Part shown: in pieces, positions 47,712-53,727 of the stretch
Layout of the letters: each line of letters begins with the position of its first letter
Numbering within the stretch: the stretch's first letter is position 1
From: a virus
Lineage: Duplodnaviria > Caudoviricetes
Length of the DNA stretch: 53,727 nucleotides
IMG/VR virus record: IMGVR_UViG_3300030060_003273
Location: 1-53,727 of that record
Reading direction: 5' to 3' (one strand)
Translations under genes and position numbers: made by a program
The notes under the pieces: model-generated
Database searches by the model: none
The model's input: the letters and a program-made list of their open reading frames with translations, nothing else
Told to the model about the DNA's origin: nothing

Positions 47712-49460
47712 TCATGCTCCCCTGTATCTACCTGCGTTCTGAACCGCATTAGATGTCTGTTCCATTAACCCCGGTGTAGGGCCTCTTTGCTGCACAGAAG
47801 ACACTGGAGAGCCTGAGCCTGCTGTTGTTCTATTTTGGGGACTTGCTGGACCACGGTTTCTCATTCCCACACCTTGCCCACCGGGGTTTTGTAGACCCGC
47901 TTGAGCCTGTGCTCCCATAGCACCTGCTAATTGTGGTGGGATATTACGACCCGGTAAAGCACCGGGTTGACCCATGCCACCGCCCATCATCATACCGCCC
48001 ATACCTCCACCCATTCCGGGTTGTTGCATTTGCTGACCCGGTGGTGGTTGTTGGTAAACGAATCTAATATCTCTAGTACCTTCTTCTAACAATTCTGCAT
48101 GATATCCTAACATAGCCATACGCTGAGCAATATTAACTTCCATTTCATCTCTACGTAGTCTTGTAATTTCATCTTCTTCTTCTGATGGGTATAATGTAAT
48201 TTTCCAGTCAGATACATTCATTTCTTTCATTAATCTAGGAAATAAATTTTCAGTATATACTTTATGACCAAATTCTACTGCACGATTTGTAACTAATACT
48301 TGTAAACCTTCATTGTTCAGACCGCCAGATTTACCAGTGTCCATCATAAATACATTTGACACTCCATAAAATGATGCTATGCGTTGCCTCATTTCATCTC
48401 TTGTAGCAGTATATTGCATTTCTTCCATAGTGTCCATAAACTTAACCCAGTTAACTCCACCACGACCTGTAGTAGATTCTATACCAATTTTAGGAATATA
48501 ATGTGGGTCTCTTTCAAGTTTCTCATCAACACCTTTCCAGAAAGATTTCATAGATTCTAAGTTATCTGTTGTAATTGAAATTAAACCTCTAGGCATTCTA
48601 CGTTTAGAATACATAGTATACATGTAATTATCCATAGCAGTCAGAGTCATTGCTTGTCTCCATAATGTAGAGACAGGAGAGCGACCATACAATTTACTAG
48701 GATTATATTTAGACACATGCAATACTTCTCCATCTAAATAATATTGAGTTTTTCCAGAGCCTGCTGTATTTACATAATGTACATCTTCTAGTTTGTGACC
48801 ACAGATGTTACATTCTTTTTCTTGTTCATGATACCCTCTAACTTCATCTCGGTGTATAGGGCAAACTCTAAATCTTCCCCCACGAACTCCTCTTTTATCA
48901 GCGACTATTCTCATAAAGATAGGGTCACCACGCATAACCTCTTTTACTCTATAAAATACAGGTTCATTACTTTCTTCATCAATATAATATTCTTTGATTA
49001 AAATCATAAAAGCATCATCTGTAATATTTAAATCATATTCTATTTCTCTTAAAACATCTAAAAATGATTGGTCCATTGAGTTTCTTTCTTCTAAAAACCA
49101 TCTTGGATAAATTAACTCACCAGCATCAGGGGTCTTTAAATCAGAACTTGGACACTCTTTACAAACTTCTACATCATGTTGATACTCTGCGTCACAGTCT
49201 ACACATTTTTTATGAAAAGCCTTTTCCCAATAATAACCACGTCTAAATATTTCTTGTTGTAAAGTAGTAAGTACAGTTCTAAGAATTAAACACTCATTAG
49301 ATACAGCGTACAATGCAGGTAAAGTAACACCCTGTACTAACACTGGTTCTTGTATACCAGTGGTCCAAAGTGGCATTGTAGGAGCAGGTGTTGGTCTACG
49401 TTTGAATGGTGATGCTAATGCTGATAAAAACTTACCAACTCTTGATTTTTCTTCTGCCAT
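47712..49460 (-). CDS. Portal protein with two zinc-ribbon insertions and a G/Q/M/P-rich tail (~582 aa)
   Basis: EVLHVSKYNPSKLYGRSPV, MPRGLISI and MRQRIASFYGVSNVFM are HK97-type portal motifs. Likely start MAEEK at 49460 overlaps the upstream TAA. Confidence 0.9.
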   Translation of the reverse strand: MAEEKSRVGKFLSALASPFKRRPTPAPTMPLWTTGIQEPVLVQGVTLPALYAVSNECLILRTVLTTLQQEIFRRGYYWEKAFHKKCVDCDAEYQHDVEVCKECPSSDLKTPDAGELIYPRWFLEERNSMDQSFLDVLREIEYDLNITDDAFMILIKEYYIDEESNEPVFYRVKEVMRGDPIFMRIVADKRGVRGGRFRVCPIHRDEVRGYHEQEKECNICGHKLEDVHYVNTAGSGKTQYYLDGEVLHVSKYNPSKLYGRSPVSTLWRQAMTLTAMDNYMYTMYSKRRMPRGLISITTDNLESMKSFWKGVDEKLERDPHYIPKIGIESTTGRGGVNWVKFMDTMEEMQYTATRDEMRQRIASFYGVSNVFMMDTGKSGGLNNEGLQVLVTNRAVEFGHKVYTENLFPRLMKEMNVSDWKITLYPSEEEDEITRLRRDEMEVNIAQRMAMLGYHAELLEEGTRDIRFVYQQPPPGQQMQQPGMGGGMGGMMMGGGMGQPGALPGRNIPPQLAGAMGAQAQAGLQNPGGQGVGMRNRGPASPQNRTTAGSGSPVSSVQQRGPTPGLMEQTSNAVQNAGRYRGA

Positions 49461-50779
49461 TATAATCCCTCCATCCACTTACCGATAATGTCCTTGTCTA
49501 TGCCCCAACTATTCAAAGATTGTTCTGCTTTAGTAGTTCCATCCCAATTAAGATATTGTACAACTTTCTTTAATTCATCTTTACGGGAGTTATCCTTTTC
49601 ATCTAAGTATTTTAAAACAGCCTTTGCTTGCTTTTCCTTCATACATAGATGAGGTAATAACCCTGTTAGTAATTTTTTAAGGTCATCTTTTGAATAAAAT
49701 GATATACGGTGTTGGCTTCTTTGCCCGTTTTTGTATATCTTCTGGTCTAGTTGTAATATACCACAACCTAACTCTTTGTGTAAATGCTCACAATGTAACC
49801 TACCTCGTTCACCCGTTGCGATAAAAGAAGCACGAGGTTCACCTCTATCAGTAATGTATATACTACCATCAGCATCTAAGAAGCCAGCACTATATCCCCA
49901 TATATCTGCACCCTTTAACACTAAGCCATCAGATTTTATTAAAACATAAAATTGTTCATTTGTATTAGTATTACGTGCACCTTTGATAATATTCATTTCT
50001 TCTCCATACATTTTTAGTAATTGTGACAATTGAGTAGGGGTTGCACCACTGCGACCTTGTAACAATGTGTTATTTTCAATAATTGCTCTAGTGGTCATAG
50101 GCCCCCTTTCTGATAGTTCTTTCTTTACAACATCTAACCAAGTTATTTGTTTAGGTGATAAACTATCAATTTGATGTAATGTTTTTTTCCATATTTTACG
50201 AGCGTCTTTCTTGGTACCCATAGCCTTGACCCAAGCATTTTGTTCTTCTTCACCCCACACATCTTCAAATTCATCTAACATTTTCAAAGACTTTTCAGCA
50301 TTATCCCACATATCACATGCTCTTAACAGAGATACTTGTCTACTTTTATGAAATAACCTTAATGATTTTAAATCTCTATCATCTAATCCAAGATTTCGGA
50401 TTGTATCTTGTTTATCAATAGCCCAAGATATATTATTTAAAGTGGCTTTTACCTCTTGTTCTTTGATAATTCTAATCGTTTTAACAAGTTCATCAATTTC
50501 ACTCTTTAATAATTTATTATGCCGTCTTTGCTTCTTTAATTGCTTTACTAAAGTAGATGCATTTTTACCAGTATAGGCTTTCAACCAACCATCACCTGTT
50601 GGTGGAAAAGGTAATTTAGTTTTATTAACCTTTTCCACTGGTAACTGCAAAGCACTTTTAATTATACTATTTGCATTATTATAATCACCATTAATATGAG
50701 GATGCTTAATTAACATATCCTCAAAACTGTTTTCATCACTACTTACAGACAACGAACTCCACATATTTTTCCCTCTCAT
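49460..50779 (-). CDS. LAGLIDADG-family endonuclease-domain protein with a long N-terminal helical/winged-HTH-like region (439 aa)
   Basis: YSAGFLDADGSIYI at 49894 is a single I-CreI-type motif, followed by LHKELGCG and LLPHLCMKEKQAKAVL. Alternative start at 50764. Confidence 0.85.
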   Translation of the reverse strand: MRGKNMWSSLSVSSDENSFEDMLIKHPHINGDYNNANSIIKSALQLPVEKVNKTKLPFPPTGDGWLKAYTGKNASTLVKQLKKQRRHNKLLKSEIDELVKTIRIIKEQEVKATLNNISWAIDKQDTIRNLGLDDRDLKSLRLFHKSRQVSLLRACDMWDNAEKSLKMLDEFEDVWGEEEQNAWVKAMGTKKDARKIWKKTLHQIDSLSPKQITWLDVVKKELSERGPMTTRAIIENNTLLQGRSGATPTQLSQLLKMYGEEMNIIKGARNTNTNEQFYVLIKSDGLVLKGADIWGYSAGFLDADGSIYITDRGEPRASFIATGERGRLHCEHLHKELGCGILQLDQKIYKNGQRSQHRISFYSKDDLKKLLTGLLPHLCMKEKQAKAVLKYLDEKDNSRKDELKKVVQYLNWDGTTKAEQSLNSWGIDKDIIGKWMEGL

Positions 50780-52266
50780 ATACTAAACCATTTTGGCTTT
50801 TGACTAGATTTCTGTCCACCTGTTAACCAACTGTCAAACCCGGGGAATTCTTCATCGTCAAGTAGCACAATATTACCACGGAACTCTTTTGTTGCCCAAT
50901 TAGCAAGTGCCAGAGCCATGGCTAGGTCATCGTGTACACCCACACTCTCCAGTCGACCGTTCTTATTCATTCCGAATCTATTCAATTGGGTTTCCAATGT
51001 TCTTGTAAACTCTTTACTTTTCTCATTTCCCCATGGAGTTTTGATTTTTCCTTGCTCAAATGCCATTAAAAGTGACATAAACATACTTTCTTTACGTTGT
51101 CTAGTAGTCATAACAGTCTTAACAGGTATATCATCCCTCATATCTTTGAGTTCTGCTTCAAACATACGCTGAAAGTTATTACCTTCTAACTCAATTAATT
51201 CAGGAGTGAACCTACTATTAAGTAATATAATGCTTCTTTTCTGTGCATTACCTGATAAACCCTTTTGATTGATTGCGTGTATCAATTGTTTCTCGTTACC
51301 ATCAGGTGGAGTACGTAAAACTACCATAGCAGTGTAGTCAGCATTAGCATCAGAGGCAATAGCAGGGTCCCAACCTATGAAATGTTGACCAAAAATACCT
51401 GCTACATCCCCATTTTCATCGTATTCTGACTCTGCTTTTTCCAATAATACTAGGTTTTCATCCCTTGCACTCTCTAAAATATCCGCTGGGAACATACTAG
51501 ATAGGTCATGAATAGGCTCACATAGGTACTCACGAGCGAATTTTATGGCTGGCATAGACGCTTCACGCACTTTTAGAGCGTCTAAAGGCCATCTTCCGGG
51601 CCATAATGGTTCCCCATTTGGCAAAATAGCAGGGTATGTTTCCACTGTAAAGGTGTCTTTTTCCTCTAATTCAGCGTATAAATCGTTGTAACTGAAGGGT
51701 GTACCCACCATCATAAGGCGAGAACTGTGGTGCAGAACAGGTAAAAGTACTGCATAGAACCAATCTGCGGCTCTTTGTAGTTCAGATGCTGATGTTCCCC
51801 ATAGAATATCGTCACAAACTACCACATCAGGGTGGAAACCACGAGTAGCACCACCCACTGACTTAGCCATAATACGACTACCATTGCTAAAATCGAAGTA
51901 AGATTTAGCCCAAGGACGACCTGCAGGCTTTAAATGCCTCAAAATAGGGGTATTTTCAATTAAATTTCTTATCAAACGCATGTGTTCAAGGGTCTGTTCT
52001 AATGAATGTGAGAACACCATTATGTGTGTTTTTGGTGTAAAAGTCGCTAACCATAGTGCATATGACATAAAAAGAGTAGATTTACCGTGGTCACGAGATG
52101 CTTTAACACAATAAAAGCGGTTTTCGTTCAAACCTTTCTCCCATTGCCCATGGTGAGTAGAATAATCAAACCCTAATATATCTTCAAAGAAGTATTTGAA
52201 TGATTTTTTAGATTGTTCCCAGTCGATTTGTTTGACTAAATCTGCGATTGGGGTATTATCATTCAT
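50776..52266 (-). CDS. terL: Terminase large subunit (496 aa)
   Basis: Walker A ASRDHGKS, Walker B VVCDD, coupling motif VGTP, and nuclease motifs IGWDPA, DYTA and HDDLAMALA. Confidence 0.95.
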   Translation of the reverse strand: MNDNTPIADLVKQIDWEQSKKSFKYFFEDILGFDYSTHHGQWEKGLNENRFYCVKASRDHGKSTLFMSYALWLATFTPKTHIMVFSHSLEQTLEHMRLIRNLIENTPILRHLKPAGRPWAKSYFDFSNGSRIMAKSVGGATRGFHPDVVVCDDILWGTSASELQRAADWFYAVLLPVLHHSSRLMMVGTPFSYNDLYAELEEKDTFTVETYPAILPNGEPLWPGRWPLDALKVREASMPAIKFAREYLCEPIHDLSSMFPADILESARDENLVLLEKAESEYDENGDVAGIFGQHFIGWDPAIASDANADYTAMVVLRTPPDGNEKQLIHAINQKGLSGNAQKRSIILLNSRFTPELIELEGNNFQRMFEAELKDMRDDIPVKTVMTTRQRKESMFMSLLMAFEQGKIKTPWGNEKSKEFTRTLETQLNRFGMNKNGRLESVGVHDDLAMALALANWATKEFRGNIVLLDDEEFPGFDSWLTGGQKSSQKPKWFSI

Positions 52267-53048
52267 GCTGGTACCTCTGGTGCTAATTGACTAGTCTGAC
52301 CAAAATTTTCACCAGCCTTTCGTGCATTCTCTTCCATTATCTTTCGCTTTATTTCTTCAGCAGTGGGAATTTCACCTTCTTCATTAGGTCCAAACCCTGC
52401 TAAACGTGGCGTAACAGGTTTTACTTCGTGACCTGCTGCCACACCTGTTTTATTATCCACAACAGGCCCCGGATTAGTAACAGTTGTTTCAGGAGTTTCT
52501 AAACGAGGTGTAGGTGTTAGAGCAGCAGCCGATAAATTTGTAGGGTTTTCTACCCTTTGACCTTTGACCCCCACTGTCCCCCTAACTACATCACCAACAG
52601 TTCCTCTTGTTGTTTCTGCAGCCTCTTCATAAGGGTTTTTAGAATCTTGCCGAGCAAGTTCTCTTCTAACATCTCGTCTAATCCGCTGCCGCTTCCTTTC
52701 TATTTTTTTCTCGTCTGCATATACTTGTTGAGGTGTTCGCTTCTTTGGTCTGTTCAATCTATCTATTAAAGCCCTATAACCAATAGTTACTGGATTACTA
52801 TCTATTAAACTTCTACCTGCTTGTTCACCTGTAGCAGCACCACCTTGTATACCACCAATTAAACTCATTAGGCTTTTGTGATTTCCAGCAGCGCCCAAAG
52901 CCCCACCAGCGATTTTACCTAAATAGGCTGCAAGCCTTGCTGGTATGGTACTCTTTCTACCTTCTCCACCTCCGTACATAAACTGTACATTACCTTGTGA
53001 ATCCACCATAGTCTGTTGCCGAGGAGCCTTAACTAATATTTTACCCAT
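52263..53048 (-). CDS. Hypothetical protein (261 aa) with a Gly/Ala-rich hydrophobic segment
   Basis: Overlaps both neighbours. Its N-terminus MGKILVKAP is shared with the 772-aa protein. Confidence 0.65.
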   Translation of the reverse strand: MGKILVKAPRQQTMVDSQGNVQFMYGGGEGRKSTIPARLAAYLGKIAGGALGAAGNHKSLMSLIGGIQGGAATGEQAGRSLIDSNPVTIGYRALIDRLNRPKKRTPQQVYADEKKIERKRQRIRRDVRRELARQDSKNPYEEAAETTRGTVGDVVRGTVGVKGQRVENPTNLSAAALTPTPRLETPETTVTNPGPVVDNKTGVAAGHEVKPVTPRLAGFGPNEEGEIPTAEEIKRKIMEENARKAGENFGQTSQLAPEVPA

Positions 53049-53727
53049 GAATTGCCCCCATTGCTACTTTTATTGCTTTTACTATAGTGTCAGAAACATT
53101 CCAGTCCTGTGCTAATTGGTCCCAGTCTCCTTTAGATGAATGTATTGCCCATACATCATGTGAAGTTAGGTTAATAGATTTAGCAAATAAACCTATATCT
53201 AAAGATGAATTTAATGGTGATTGTGGAAGATGTTTTTTAATTGTTGAATCAACCGCTGCTTCTTGCAATTGTATTTTCTCCATTGTTTTTTGTATATCAT
53301 CAATGGCTCTACGAATATCCCTTTCACTTCTATATACTAACATAGGGTCAGGTTGGTTAATATCAAAAAACGCTTGTCCCGGTTGGGCTGCTGCGACCTC
53401 TCTTCTTGCTCTAAATTCAGATATATCACTGCCTTGCATTTGTTGATACTGTCGTAATTCTTCAGGTGTTAAACCTGCAATTGGCTCTCTTGAAGCCTGT
53501 TCTTCTGGAGTAGCCCTACGAGTTTGCATAGGTGTCTGTGGTTGCATCAATTGAGGTTGTTGCTGTGGCTGCGGTGCTGCCCTACCTGTTCCCGGCAATG
53601 CTAATTTATCTGCTGTCATCACATAATCGTGCCATTTAGAATCAGGGTGAATTGCGTGGTTTATACCTTGAGGTGATTGCACTGTTTGTGTTAAAGGTCG
53701 CATGGGTTTGCTATAATCATGCGCTGT
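53041..53727 (-). CDS. Hypothetical protein, probably 5'-truncated by the window edge
   Basis: The frame stays open upstream of the track's ATG 53703 to the window end (TAHDYSKP-M) with no ribosome-binding site visible. Q/P-rich linker and a helical, HTH-like C-terminus. Confidence 0.65.
   Translation of the reverse strand, partial: TAHDYSKPMRPLTQTVQSPQGINHAIHPDSKWHDYVMTADKLALPGTGRAAPQPQQQPQLMQPQTPMQTRRATPEEQASREPIAGLTPEELRQYQQMQGSDISEFRARREVAAAQPGQAFFDINQPDPMLVYRSERDIRRAIDDIQKTMEKIQLQEAAVDSTIKKHLPQSPLNSSLDIGLFAKSINLTSHDVWAIHSSKGDWDQLAQDWNVSDTIVKAIKVAMGAIHG

Noticed and set aside
49460-52266. LAGLIDADG domain as part of an intein or intron splitting terminase or portal
   Set aside because: Terminase and portal each look complete, the gene has its own start and stop, and I saw no C-terminal His-Asn splice motif.
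395-53446. All plus-strand ORFs in the track
   Set aside because: Each lies antisense to a longer, coherent minus-strand gene and shows no recognisable motif. The similarity among 1142-1453, 1748-2050 and 5791-5973 only mirrors the real minus-strand repeat.
1-53727. CRISPR arrays, tRNA/rRNA genes, integrase or an alternative genetic code
   Set aside because: Gaps between genes are only tens of bases, no regularly spaced repeats were seen, and the standard code gives near-complete coding coverage.

Overview
This window is the virion-morphogenesis module of a large tailed dsDNA virus (HK97 lineage). It is most likely an archaeal magrovirus infecting Marine Group II/Poseidoniales; that call rests on recalled similarity of the capsid protein and on archaeal-type GGTGA ribosome-binding sites, not on a database search. 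All credible genes are on the minus strand and are tightly packed. Order from right to left: two unknown head-region genes, terminase large subunit, a LAGLIDADG-domain protein, portal, three small genes, an 1895-aa protein ending in a degenerate DNA-ligase fold, protease/scaffold, major capsid protein, small head proteins, adaptor, tail terminator, tail tube, a SAP protein, G/GT chaperones, a ~159-aa gene in the tape-measure slot, two Dit-like paralogs, a ~6100-aa giant, a hub protein, and a tail fibre that runs off the left edge and is missing from the ORF track. The main points of interest are: a miniature tape measure within an otherwise complete long-tail toolkit; a ligase fold lacking its catalytic lysine; a candidate set of protease-tagged head cargo proteins; an exact -1 frameshift site; a nested scaffold start; and small domains reused across structural genes. 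I saw no tRNA, rRNA, CRISPR array, reverse transcriptase or integrase.
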